Of a DNA stretch of 64,000 nucleotides, positions 1-9,004 are shown in pieces. The number at the start of each line of letters is the position of its first letter. The first letter of the stretch is position 1. Origin of the DNA: an uncultured Myxococcales bacterium (GTDB taxonomy: Bacteria; Myxococcota_A; UBA9042); assembly GCA_903850505.1 (NCBI GenBank), contig CAINLT010000126.1, positions 22,534-86,533 of the forward strand, read 5' to 3'. Made by a program: the position numbers and the translations under genes. A model generated the notes under the pieces. The model made no database searches. It worked only from the letters and a program-made list of their open reading frames with translations, and was not told where the DNA came from.

Positions 1-27
1 AGTGGATCTGGAAGCCGAAGACGCCAG

Positions 28-2253
28 CTACTTCTTCACCAGCACCATGACCCCGCGCGGCGGGATCGCGACGTTGGGCGCCGTCACGTCCGCGCCGCCC
101 ATCAGGTCCTGCCACGTCCCGTTCGGCAGCCCGCCGACGCTCGCCGGCGCATCGCTGCGGTTGATCGCCACGATCACTGTGTCCGCCGCAGTCGTCATCT
201 GGTAGAGCCACGCCTCGGGCGTAATCCACAGCGTCTTGCGCGTTCCCTGACGCAGCGCCACATGGTTCTTCCGCGCCTGACCCAGCGCCTTCATCCGCGT
301 CAGCAGCAGGTTCTGCCCGGCGTTGTAGGCGCTCCACTGCATCGGCCGGCGATTGTCGGGATCGCCCGCGCCCGCCATGCCAACCTCGTCGCCGTAGTAG
401 ATGAGCGGCACGCCGCGGTTGGTCATCAGCACCGCCATCGCCACGCTCATGCGCTCGTACGCGCTCGTGCCGGCGGGCTGCCCGGGCTGGTTGGCCCACG
501 CTTTGTCCTTGCCGTTGGCCCAGACGTCCGCCCAGATCGGCGTGTCTTCGGCCATGTGGATGGTGCGCGGGAGGTCGTGGTTGCCGATGAACGTGGACAT
601 GATCGCGTCCGGGCCAAAGAACCCGTCGTTGCCATCCAGGAATTTCTCCAGATCCGTCATCTTGCCCTGACGCAGCAGCACGGTGCTGTCCAGCGTCGCC
701 CGTTCGGCAAAGTCGAATTGACCGTCCAGCTTGGTGCACGGGTCGACAAACGACTTCACGAACGTCTGATCGCCAGAGAACGTCTCGCCCACCAGCCAGA
801 TGTGTTGTTGCCGCAGCGGTTCCACGTCCGTCAGCAGCCGCGCGCGCAGGTCGGTCAGCCACGCGCCTTCCACGTGCTTGATCGCGTCCAGCCGCAAGCC
901 GTCCGCGCCCGATTGCTGGAGCCACCAAATCACATTGTCAATCGAGGCTTTCCGCGCATCCGTGTTGAGGAAGTTGAAGTCCGGCAGGTAGGTCGTGAAC
1001 CAGCAATACAGCCCCGACGGGCCGTCCCACGGACAGACGCTCGCGCCACACGTGCAGTTTTGGCCCTGGACGGAGAGGCCGTGGAACCAGCCGTCGCTCT
1101 GGTGCTGCAGCCACACCGGCGAGCTCGCGTGCACATGGTTCATCGCATAGTCCAGCACGATCTGGATGCCCTTGACGTGCGCGGCCTGCACCAACGCCTG
1201 CAGTTCCGCCATCGTGCCAAAATGCGCGTTGGGCTTGTCGCGATCGCGCGGCCAATAGCCGTGATAGGCGGAGTACTTCTGGCCGTCGTCGCCGAACTCC
1301 AACGCGTCGGTTGGATCGAGCGGCACGGTCAGCCACAGGACGTTGACGCCGAGGTCGGTGAAGTAGCCGGCGTTGATTTTTTGCGTGACGCCGGCCCAGT
1401 CGCCGCCATTCCAGCCGGCGATCGGCGCGACGCCGGTGACGCTGCCGTTGTTGCTGGCGTCGCCGTCAAAGAACCGGTCGACAAAGACGAAATACATGAC
1501 GCCGTCGTGCCAGTCGAAGGCCGTGGGCTTGGCGTCGATGCCGCACACGGTCTGCAGTTTGCCGCAGACCCACGGGTCACATGCCTGTGCTGCCAGCAGG
1601 GAATTCGTGTTCCCGGTGCTGTCCGTCACTTTCTGCGGGTTGGTCGGATCGACGAGCCAGACGTCGCCCCCGCCGAGCTTCTGCACGTGGAACTTGTACT
1701 CGACGCTCTGGCCGTACGGCATGTCCGCGTCGACGCTCCAGTCCGTGCCGCTCGCGGTCATCGCGATGCCGGTCTTCCAGCCGTTGAAGCTGCCGCGCAG
1801 TTCGACGCTCGCCTCCGAGCCGTCGCCCGCGTATGTGAAAGTCGTCGTGCAGAGCTTGGGCGCGGGGCCGCAATCCGGGCTTGTAACGTCGGCAATGGCG
1901 TCAAGTCCGCTGTCCGGGACGACGTCGGGCGCAACATCGCCAACCGCGGCGTCGCTGACGGCATCCACAAGCGCATCCGCATCAGCGCCGGCGTCGGTCG
2001 CTGCGTCGTGAGTGACATCGGTCAGCACGTCCGCGATTGCGTCGGTTGCGGCATCTGCATCCGTCGGTTGGACCGCGTCGGCGGCATCCGTTGTTGCGAC
2101 GTCAGGCGTGTCCTTGCCGACGCCAAAATCCAGGCCTTCGACGTCGGCATTGGCGTCAGCGGCGGCATCGGCCACGTCCTCGCTTTGCTGCGGCGCGCAC
2201 GCCAACATTCCGCACAGGCCGGCCAGAAGCAGATGACGACGCGATGCGAACAT
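28..2253 (-). CDS. GH13 alpha-amylase family lipoprotein (acidic D/A-rich linker + CBM-like domain + catalytic domain)
   Basis: ORF 28..3108(-). GH13 signatures GYWPRDRD, VLDYAMNHV, DGLRLDAIKHV. An internal ATG (residue 286 of the ORF) gives the lipoprotein signal MFASRRHLLLAGLCGMLAC. The upstream part of the ORF overlaps the opposite-strand YceI gene and is treated as an artefactual extension. Confidence 0.85.
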   Translation of the reverse strand: MFASRRHLLLAGLCGMLACAPQQSEDVADAAADANADVEGLDFGVGKDTPDVATTDAADAVQPTDADAATDAIADVLTDVTHDAATDAGADADALVDAVSDAAVGDVAPDVVPDSGLDAIADVTSPDCGPAPKLCTTTFTYAGDGSEASVELRGSFNGWKTGIAMTASGTDWSVDADMPYGQSVEYKFHVQKLGGGDVWLVDPTNPQKVTDSTGNTNSLLAAQACDPWVCGKLQTVCGIDAKPTAFDWHDGVMYFVFVDRFFDGDASNNGSVTGVAPIAGWNGGDWAGVTQKINAGYFTDLGVNVLWLTVPLDPTDALEFGDDGQKYSAYHGYWPRDRDKPNAHFGTMAELQALVQAAHVKGIQIVLDYAMNHVHASSPVWLQHQSDGWFHGLSVQGQNCTCGASVCPWDGPSGLYCWFTTYLPDFNFLNTDARKASIDNVIWWLQQSGADGLRLDAIKHVEGAWLTDLRARLLTDVEPLRQQHIWLVGETFSGDQTFVKSFVDPCTKLDGQFDFAERATLDSTVLLRQGKMTDLEKFLDGNDGFFGPDAIMSTFIGNHDLPRTIHMAEDTPIWADVWANGKDKAWANQPGQPAGTSAYERMSVAMAVLMTNRGVPLIYYGDEVGMAGAGDPDNRRPMQWSAYNAGQNLLLTRMKALGQARKNHVALRQGTRKTLWITPEAWLYQMTTAADTVIVAINRSDAPASVGGLPNGTWQDLMGGADVTAPNVAIPPRGVMVLVKK

Positions 2254-2527
2254 GGCACTCCGTAGGCGCAAAACCGCTGATGGCGCCGCCGCCAGCGTAC
2301 TCGGTTGCGCCGCTGAATCAACTCCCGGAGTCGTCCTTGCTGCCGGGAATTCGCGGGTTGATTCCCGCTTCGATGCACCTGATTGTCTCTGTGCGTGAAC
2401 AGTGTTGTCCGCGGAATCGATATTGTGCCGACCGCGGCCGCGCGCTACTTTGTTCGAGCTGGCACCCGTTGTGGGTTGCGCGAGCGCCCATCCACATCCC
2501 GGCCCTGTGCCAATCCTGGAGTTCTCC

Positions 2528-3118
2528 ATGCGTACTTTTGCTTCCCTCGTTCTCTCGTTCGCCGTCGCGGCCGCACCGTTCACCGCTTTCGCCGCTGAGA
2601 AGGCCAAGCCCGCCGCCGCCGCGATTCCGCTGACCGGCACCATCGGTTTTGTCGGCAGCAAAGTGACCGGCCAGCATGTCGGCAACTTCAAGACGTGGAC
2701 CGGCCACGTCGAGCTGAAGGACGGCAAGGCCGTCGGCGGCAAGCTGGAATTCACCGTGCAGACGGAATCCGTGGAAGTGGACGTTGCCACCGCCAACGCC
2801 TGGACGCCCAAGCTGCTGGAACACCTGAAGGGCCCGGACTTCTTTGACGTCGCCAAGTTCGCGACCGCGGCGTTCAAGTCCTCGTCGATCAAGGCAGACG
2901 GCGGCGGCGTGAAGATCACCGGCAACCTGACCCTGCACGGCGTGACCAAGCAGATCGAGTTCCCGGCGACCGTGACGTTGGCGGGCAAGGACGTGAAGGG
3001 CGACGCCGAGTTCACGATCAACCGCAAGGATTTCGGCATCTCGTACGCCGGCAAGGAAGACGACCTGATCCGCGAAGGCGTGGTGCTGAAGATCCACGTC
3101 GCCGGCAAGGCCCAGTAA
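2528..3118 (+). CDS. YceI-family periplasmic protein
   Basis: ORF 2402..3118(+). Internal ATG gives the signal peptide MRTFASLVLSFAVAAAPFTAFA. The YceI-like body is ...LTGTIGFVGSKVTG...KITGNLTLHGVTKQIEF... Confidence 0.8.
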   Translation: MRTFASLVLSFAVAAAPFTAFAAEKAKPAAAAIPLTGTIGFVGSKVTGQHVGNFKTWTGHVELKDGKAVGGKLEFTVQTESVEVDVATANAWTPKLLEHLKGPDFFDVAKFATAAFKSSSIKADGGGVKITGNLTLHGVTKQIEFPATVTLAGKDVKGDAEFTINRKDFGISYAGKEDDLIREGVVLKIHVAGKAQ

Positions 3119-3137
3119 GGTTCCCGAACGCGCGGGT

Positions 3138-5090
3138 TCAGTGGACGGGGCTGGCGACGAACGCCGCTGAATCCGCGTTCCTGTAGCGTCCCAGCACCCG
3201 CAGCGCCGCTTCAGTTTCGCGGTCCACGCGGGCCAGCGCGGCGTCGATTTCCCCGTCCGTCGCCGACCGCGCGATGGTCTCCAGCTGCGAGAGGCTCGCC
3301 GCCAGCCGCCGCGCGCCGACACAGGCCGCGGTTCCGCGCTGGCGGTGGGCCAGCAGCGCCAGCTCCTCCCGATCGCGCGATGCCGCCCCAAGCTCCGCAC
3401 GGGTTTGCGCGGCCGCCTCGGCAAAGATCGCCACGACCGCATGGACTGTCGGCAAGCCGCCGGCGCGCTTCAGGTCCGCCAGCGTGGCCACCTCCAGCAC
3501 GGGCAGTTCCGTCGACGGAATCGGCACTTGGAGCGCCTGGCTGATGCGCCGCACCCGCGGCAGGTAGCGCAGCACCGCTTGCCGCAGATCATCGGCCCGC
3601 AGCGGCTTGACCAGCACGGCGTCCACGCCCGCCGCGCGCGCTCGCTCGTGGTCCTCCGCCATGACCGACGCCGTCAACGCCAGCATCGGCAAGCGCCGCC
3701 CCGGCGCCTCCGCCGCGCGAATCTGCGCCGCCGCAGCGTAGCCGTCCAGCACGGGCATCTGGCAATCCAGCAGCACGACGTCATAGTGCGTGCGCTGCAC
3801 CGCCAGCACCGCCGCCGCGCCGTCCGCGACCACATCGACGCTCACGCCCAGCGTTTCCAGCAGCCGCGTCGTGATGACCTGATTGATGCGGTTGTCCTCG
3901 GCCACCAACACGCGCCCGGCCACTGTTTCCGTCGGCGGCAGGTTCGAAGGCGGCGCGTTGTTGAGCGGCGCGGCCTCGGGCACCGCCAGTTCAACCTCAA
4001 AGAAGAACGTGCTGCCGCGCTCCGGCTCGCTCTGGCACTGTAGACGCCCGCCCATCAGCGCGACGAGCTGGCTGCTGATCGCCAGTCCCAGCCCGGTCCC
4101 GCCATAGACCCGCGTCGTGGAGGCGTCGGCTTGCGTGAACGGCTCGAACGCCTTGCCGAGGATCGCCGGTTCAATGCCGATACCGGTATCCTGCACTTCC
4201 AGGCGCAGCCGCACGTGGCCCGGCGTCCCCGCCGCAGTCCGCGCCCGCAGGACGATGCTCCCGCGCTCCGTGAACTTGGTCGCGTTGCCCAGCAGGTTGA
4301 TGAGGACCTGCCGCAGCCGCACGGCGTCGCCCAACAGCCATGGCGGCAGCTGCGCGGGCACGTCAAGCGCGACTTCCAGGCCTTTTTGCCGCGCCGTCAT
4401 CGCCACCAGTTCCAGCGACTCGCGGAGCACGGGCAGCAGCTCAAACTCGCTTTCCTCCAGCTCCATCTTGCCGGCTTCGATCTTGGAAAAATCGAGGATG
4501 TCATTGATGATCGCCAGCAGCAGTTCGCCGGATCCTTGAATCATGTCGACGTATTGGCGCTGATCGGGCGACAGCGGCGTCTCCAACAGCACTTGCGTCA
4601 CGCCGAGCACGCCATGCATCGGTGTGCGGATTTCGTGGCTCATGCGCGCGAGGAATTCGCCCTTGGCGCGATTGGCGGTCTCGGCCACTTCCTGGGCGGC
4701 GCGCAGCTGGATTTCCGTCTTTTCGCGTGCTTCGATCTCCGCGTCCAACTGCACGCGCAAGTCGCGCAACCGGCCAACGACGGCGCCGACCAGCAGCAGC
4801 CCCATCGCCGTCGCCAGCTGACCACCTTGCAGCCACGCGGACCAGGGAATCCCGAGCTGCAGCGAGCCGACGACCGTGTGCAGGGCCACGCAAGCCGCGG
4901 CGACGCCCAGACCGGCGAGCAGGCCGCCCTGACTGGCCGCCAGCAGCACCACGACGGTCGCGAGGCTCTCCGTCCCCGGACCCAGCGTGCGGTACAGCAC
5001 CCGGAAGCCAGCGCCATAGGCCACGGCGAACAGCAGGGGCAATTTGCGCCAAATCACATCGGGAATCCACCGCCGCTGCGCCTGCGCCAT
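3138..5090 (-). CDS. hybrid sensor histidine kinase / response regulator (TM sensor-HisKA-HATPase-REC-Hpt)
   Basis: H-box MSHEIRTPMHGVLG; G-box GTGLGLAISSQLVALMGG; receiver RVLVAEDNRINQ...DVVLLDCQMPVLDG...LTAS; C-terminal Hpt-like helix. Multiple N-terminal TM helices. Confidence 0.9.
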   Translation of the reverse strand: MAQAQRRWIPDVIWRKLPLLFAVAYGAGFRVLYRTLGPGTESLATVVVLLAASQGGLLAGLGVAAACVALHTVVGSLQLGIPWSAWLQGGQLATAMGLLLVGAVVGRLRDLRVQLDAEIEAREKTEIQLRAAQEVAETANRAKGEFLARMSHEIRTPMHGVLGVTQVLLETPLSPDQRQYVDMIQGSGELLLAIINDILDFSKIEAGKMELEESEFELLPVLRESLELVAMTARQKGLEVALDVPAQLPPWLLGDAVRLRQVLINLLGNATKFTERGSIVLRARTAAGTPGHVRLRLEVQDTGIGIEPAILGKAFEPFTQADASTTRVYGGTGLGLAISSQLVALMGGRLQCQSEPERGSTFFFEVELAVPEAAPLNNAPPSNLPPTETVAGRVLVAEDNRINQVITTRLLETLGVSVDVVADGAAAVLAVQRTHYDVVLLDCQMPVLDGYAAAAQIRAAEAPGRRLPMLALTASVMAEDHERARAAGVDAVLVKPLRADDLRQAVLRYLPRVRRISQALQVPIPSTELPVLEVATLADLKRAGGLPTVHAVVAIFAEAAAQTRAELGAASRDREELALLAHRQRGTAACVGARRLAASLSQLETIARSATDGEIDAALARVDRETEAALRVLGRYRNADSAAFVASPVH

Positions 5091-5094
5091 GGCT

Positions 5095-6570
5095 TCACGC
5101 TCCTGATGGCGGCGCTATGCCGGCGATCCGCAACGTCTCAGGAATTTTGTGCATTTCCATGGCCTTGTCCAGACACCACGCGCGGCCCATCTCGGCCGTC
5201 TCCACGCGCAGCCGCGCCGAAACGACGCTGGAGCAGAAGACCACGGGGCCCTGAAAACCGTTGGCGCGCGCCGTGTCGACGAGCGTCAGGCCGTCCATGC
5301 CGGGCATCAGCACGTCGCAGATCAGCGCGTCCGGCGGCGGATTGCGCCGCAGCCAGTCCAGCGCCGCTTCACCGCTTTCCAGCGCCTCGCAGTCGCAGCC
5401 GGTCGACACCACAAGCGTCCGAACCAGGCCGCGCATCACGCGGTCATCGTCGATCGTCAGCACCAGCGGCCGATCGCGCCGCACGGTGACCTGCACGGGC
5501 CGACCCGCCGCGGTCGCCGTCACCCGCCGCCGCGGCGAGGCCGTTCCAGCCCGCCCTCCCGGCAGGAACCACTCCGACCACGCGATTTCCGCCTCAGGTC
5601 GCGCTTTCTCAAACAGCCGCCGCACTTCCGCCATCGTCTGCGGCCGGTTCAGCGGGTTCTTCTGCAGCATGGACAGCACGACCTCGTCGAGCGCCGTCGG
5701 CACCCACTCCCCGCCCGGCATCGCCGATGGCACGACCGCAGGCTTGTTGACGATGCTGAACAGCATCTCGTCGAGCGTCTTGGCTTCAAACAGGATGTGG
5801 CCGCTCAGCAGCTCAAACACGACCGCGCCGAGGCTGTAGATGTCGGCGCGGTGATCGATGTGGCCGGCCGTCGCGACTTCAGGCGCCATCGTCGCTGGGC
5901 TGCCAAATGTCCGCTGCGCGTTGCTGCGGTGCGCAAGCGCGCGCACGGTCTGGCCATGCGGCGTCACGGCGTTGCGCGTGAGCTTGGCCAGGCCAAAATC
6001 GAGCACCTTGAGCAAGAAGCCTTCTGGCCGCGTGCGATCGTCGACGAGGAACAGGTTCTCAGCTTTGACATCGCGGTGCACAATTCCGGCCTTGTGCGCG
6101 GCGTCGAGCGCGGACGCCGTCTGCTCCACGAGCGCGAAGATCTCCAGCACGCCCAGGTGTTGTTTGGCGTCGAGCAACTTGGCGAGATCGCGGCCGTTCA
6201 AGTGCTCCATGACGATGAAGAACCCTGCGACGGGATCCTGGCCGTGATCGAGAACGCGTACGATGTTCGGGTGCGTGAGCAGCGCCTCCGCTTCCACTTC
6301 CAGCCGGAAACGCGAGACCATGGACGGATCGACCATGCGCCCGGGATTCAGCAGCTTGACCGCGACCATCATCGGCAGGCGTTCATGCGTCGCGAGGTAG
6401 ACGGTGCCAAAACCGCCCGTGCCGAGGTGCTTGCGCAAGCGGTAGCTGCCGCCGACGACGACGCCGATCAGGGGATCGACGGGTTCAAACTCGACGAGGA
6501 CGTTGCCGTCCTGGCCGCAATACCGCTGCTCGTCTGGATACGTGGCTTGGCACACGGGACACTGCTTCAT
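5095..6570 (-). CDS. Ser/Thr protein kinase with N-terminal zinc ribbon and C-terminal response-regulator receiver domain
   Basis: ORF 5095..6837(-). Start moved to MKQCPVCQATYPDEQRYCGQDG (CxxC...CxxD ribbon). Kinase motifs GTGGFGTVY, VAVKLL, HRDVKAENLFL, DFGLAK, APE. C-terminal REC: LVLTIDDD...ICDVLMPGMDG. The stop lies 4 nt upstream of the hybrid HK start. Confidence 0.85.
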   Translation of the reverse strand: MKQCPVCQATYPDEQRYCGQDGNVLVEFEPVDPLIGVVVGGSYRLRKHLGTGGFGTVYLATHERLPMMVAVKLLNPGRMVDPSMVSRFRLEVEAEALLTHPNIVRVLDHGQDPVAGFFIVMEHLNGRDLAKLLDAKQHLGVLEIFALVEQTASALDAAHKAGIVHRDVKAENLFLVDDRTRPEGFLLKVLDFGLAKLTRNAVTPHGQTVRALAHRSNAQRTFGSPATMAPEVATAGHIDHRADIYSLGAVVFELLSGHILFEAKTLDEMLFSIVNKPAVVPSAMPGGEWVPTALDEVVLSMLQKNPLNRPQTMAEVRRLFEKARPEAEIAWSEWFLPGGRAGTASPRRRVTATAAGRPVQVTVRRDRPLVLTIDDDRVMRGLVRTLVVSTGCDCEALESGEAALDWLRRNPPPDALICDVLMPGMDGLTLVDTARANGFQGPVVFCSSVVSARLRVETAEMGRAWCLDKAMEMHKIPETLRIAGIAPPSGA

Positions 6571-7049
6571 TGCGGCCCCGGCTTGTCGTCGCGATCGGCG
6601 TCGTCGGGCAGGGTCCCGGTCCGCGGGTCCAGGATCATCGACGGCACTTTCACGACCGGTGCTTCGTCGCCGGCAAAACGTGCGGCGGCGCGGGTCGGGG
6701 GCGCCCCGGCTTCGGCCTCGCGCGCGGCTGCGATCGCGGCGCGAATGCCTGCAACGCTGCGATCGGCATAGCGCTGCGTGACTTCCGTCGCGCCGGGTGC
6801 TTCCGTTGCGGCCATCGGCGGCAGCGCAGGTGACCAACTGGGCACTGCCTCAGGCAGCATCCGCCCGGTTGGCGCTGCAACGGGCGCCACGGTCTCCACT
6901 CCGGCTTGCGCTTGGGCGATGGCAGAGCGGATCTCAGCCAGGGCATTGCTCGAGTAGCGATGCGTCGTCTCTTCCGCGTCAATCAGCGGTTCAGCGGCCG
7001 ACGCGTCGTCCGGTTTGTGCTTCGTATCGGAGGGAAAACGCCTGGGCAT
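6567..7049 (-). CDS. hypothetical Ala-rich 160-aa protein translationally coupled to the Ser/Thr kinase gene
   Basis: ORF 6567..7049(-). ATG preceded by AGGTGG about 5 nt upstream. The stop overlaps the kinase ATG (ATGA). Non-Arg-rich composition with an internal repeat (HRYSSNALAEIRSAIAQAQAG / TQRYADRSVAGIRAAIAAAREAEAG). GC3 is lower than in neighbouring genes, so the call is uncertain. Confidence 0.4.
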   Translation of the reverse strand: MPRRFPSDTKHKPDDASAAEPLIDAEETTHRYSSNALAEIRSAIAQAQAGVETVAPVAAPTGRMLPEAVPSWSPALPPMAATEAPGATEVTQRYADRSVAGIRAAIAAAREAEAGAPPTRAAARFAGDEAPVVKVPSMILDPRTGTLPDDADRDDKPGPQ

Positions 7050-7208
7050 CGGTCCACCTGCAAGACTAGTCGCGGCAACAGCTGCGGCAACTTACCGCGC
7101 GACTGGACGGGCCGCAAGATTGCAGGCCCTTCAAGGGAATTCGCGACGCGGCCGCCGCGGTCCTTGACAACTTCGGCGCCGCCGTTGACCTTGCCGGCCG
7201 AGGTCGCG

Positions 7209-8135
7209 ATGACGCTGCAGGAACTCAAGTACATCGTCACGGTTGCCCACGAGCGGCACTTTGGCCGCGCGGCAAAAGCGTGTTTTGTCAGCCAGCCAGC
7301 GCTGTCCGCGGCGGTGCGCAAGCTGGAGGACGAACTCGGCGTCGTGCTTTTTGACCGCGACACGCCGACTGTGACCGTGACGCCGCTTGGCCACGCGATC
7401 GTCGCTCAGGCGCAGCGGGTGCTGGATGCCGCGGGTGAGGTGCACAAGCTCGCGCGCGCCGCCCAGGATCCGCTGGCCGTGCCGTTTGGCCTCGGTCTCA
7501 TCTACACGATTTGTCCCTATCTGTTGCCGCACTGGGTTCCGGAAATCCAGGCGCTCGCGCCGCACCTGCCGCTGCTGATGCAGGAAGGACTGACGGCGCA
7601 GCTTGTCGAGCGGCTGAACAATGGCGAACTGGACGCGATCGTCGTCGCTGAACCGTTCGCCGAGCCGGGCATCGAGACGCAGCCGCTCTACGAGGAGACG
7701 CTGCTCGCCGCGGCGCCGCTGGGCCACCCGTGGGCGAACGCCGACGTCGTCACGCCGGAGATGCTGATGCGCGAGACCGTGCTGTTGCTGACGCCCGGCA
7801 ACTGTTTTCGCGATCAGGTGCTCCAGGCCTGCCCGGATTTGAACCGGGAAGTCCAGACGGATTCGGCGCTGGTTCATGCGCTGCGCAACAGTTCGCTGAC
7901 GACGATTCGCCATATGGTGATGGCGGGCGTGGGCGTCACCGTGCTGCCCGCGACGGCGGTGTCGCCGGGGGACCATCAGCATTTGGTCCTGCGCCCGCTG
8001 GCGCCGACCCAACATCGCCGCGTCGTGCTGGCGTGGCGCCGTGCGTCTGCGCGTCCCAAGGTGCTGGAGCTGCTACAGCAAGCGCTGGATCAGGCGCTTG
8101 CGCACGGGCGGATGCCCTCCGCGCACCGATCATAG
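7209..8135 (+). CDS. LysR-family transcriptional regulator, OxyR-like
   Basis: ORF 6906..8135(+). Internal ATG gives MTLQELKYIVTVAHERHFGRAAKACFVSQPALSAAVRKLEDELG (LysR HTH). Lies upstream of rubrerythrin/rubredoxin. Confidence 0.85.
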   Translation: MTLQELKYIVTVAHERHFGRAAKACFVSQPALSAAVRKLEDELGVVLFDRDTPTVTVTPLGHAIVAQAQRVLDAAGEVHKLARAAQDPLAVPFGLGLIYTICPYLLPHWVPEIQALAPHLPLLMQEGLTAQLVERLNNGELDAIVVAEPFAEPGIETQPLYEETLLAAAPLGHPWANADVVTPEMLMRETVLLLTPGNCFRDQVLQACPDLNREVQTDSALVHALRNSSLTTIRHMVMAGVGVTVLPATAVSPGDHQHLVLRPLAPTQHRRVVLAWRRASARPKVLELLQQALDQALAHGRMPSAHRS

Positions 8136-8178
8136 GCGCGAGCTATCAAAGTCATTCAAACAATCCATTTTCCCTATC
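8133..8178. promoter_or_regulatory. putative OxyR-type operator (ATAG-N7-CTAT plus degenerate repeats) between the LysR gene and rubrerythrin
   Basis: ATAGgcgcgagCTAT at about 8133-8147, followed by ATTC/CCAT/CTAT elements in an AT-richer stretch ahead of the rubrerythrin start. Confidence 0.3.
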
Positions 8179-8246
8179 GCGAAGTGCCACCTATTCTTCT
8201 CCCATCGCCGGCAGCGAGCCGGCAACAACACCCGGAGGAGGAGTTC

Positions 8247-8741
8247 ATGATGCAGGAACAACAGCAGCGCACGCGGCAGAACTTGGAGTCGGCGCTGGCC
8301 GGCGAGTCGATGGCGCACATCAAGTACCGCTATTTTGCCAAGCTGTGCCGGCAGGCGGGCGACGAGGCGACGGCCAAGCTCTTTGAGGCGACGGCGGATC
8401 AGGAAGTGCAGCACGCCTGGGGGCATCTGGAGCTGCTCCTCAGCGAGCAGAAACTGACCCCTGCCGAGTGCCTGAAGCTGGCGATCGCGGGCGAGACGCA
8501 CGAGTACACGGAGATGTACCCGCAGTTCCGCCGGGAAGCGGAGGCCGAGGGCAATACGCCGGCGCTGGCGGAAATCGACGCGCAGATCGCGGAGTCGCAG
8601 GAACACGCGGAGGCGTTTGCCGCGCACCTGAATCAAGGGATCGTGAAGAAGGCCGAGCGGCGGTTTGCCGCGCTGGCGCGGATTGAAGAACGGCACGCGG
8701 GCCACTACCGCGATGCCCTGGCTGGCTTGGAGGTGAAGTAA
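8247..8741 (+). CDS. rbr: rubrerythrin
   Basis: ORF 8184..8741(+). Start at [32 protein letters not shown], preceded by GGAGGAGGAG. Ferritin-like ExxH motifs followed by a C-terminal rubredoxin-like tail. Confidence 0.85.
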   Translation: MMQEQQQRTRQNLESALAGESMAHIKYRYFAKLCRQAGDEATAKLFEATADQEVQHAWGHLELLLSEQKLTPAECLKLAIAGETHEYTEMYPQFRREAEAEGNTPALAEIDAQIAESQEHAEAFAAHLNQGIVKKAERRFAALARIEERHAGHYRDALAGLEVK

Positions 8742-8917
8742 TGGCTGATGATTTCAAGACGTTCCGCTGCATTGTCTGCGGCTTTGAGTACAGCGAAGCG
8801 GCTGGTTTGCCCGACGAAGGCATCGCGCCCGGCACGCGCTGGGCCGACATCCCGGCCGACTGGTGCTGTCCCGATTGTGGCTCGGCAAAGGAAGACTTCG
8901 ACATGGTCGAGGTCTAG
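8741..8917 (+). CDS. rubredoxin (58 aa; not in the ORF track because it is under 60 aa)
   Basis: ATG overlaps the rubrerythrin stop (TAATG). [58 protein letters not shown], with CxxCG...CPxCG rubredoxin motifs. Confidence 0.8.
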   Translation: MADDFKTFRCIVCGFEYSEAAGLPDEGIAPGTRWADIPADWCCPDCGSAKEDFDMVEV

Positions 8918-8980
8918 CGGGGCGAAACACCGGTCCGATCCGCGACTTGGCGGTGGCCGGAACGAGCGCCAGGAACGGGT

Positions 8981-9003
8981 GGGGTGCGCTTTGGATTCGC
9001 CCC
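8981..9003. terminator. possible bidirectional hairpin between convergent rubredoxin and GH31 genes
   Basis: GGGGTGCG-cuuuggauu-CGCCCC imperfect stem-loop. No clear U-tract. Confidence 0.25.
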
Positions 9004-9004
9004 A

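Noticed and set aside
2-205. 67-aa ORF at window start
   Set aside because: No ribosome-binding site or motifs. It lies in the 3' flank of the amylase gene. I cannot exclude a gene running off the window start, but nothing supports one.
262-2265. 667-aa ORF on + strand
   Set aside because: It is antisense to the well-supported GH13 amylase gene. The protein is Arg/His/Pro/Gly-rich with no motifs, a typical high-GC antisense artefact.
5149-6771. 540-aa ORF on + strand
   Set aside because: It is antisense to the Ser/Thr kinase-REC gene. No kinase or other motifs.
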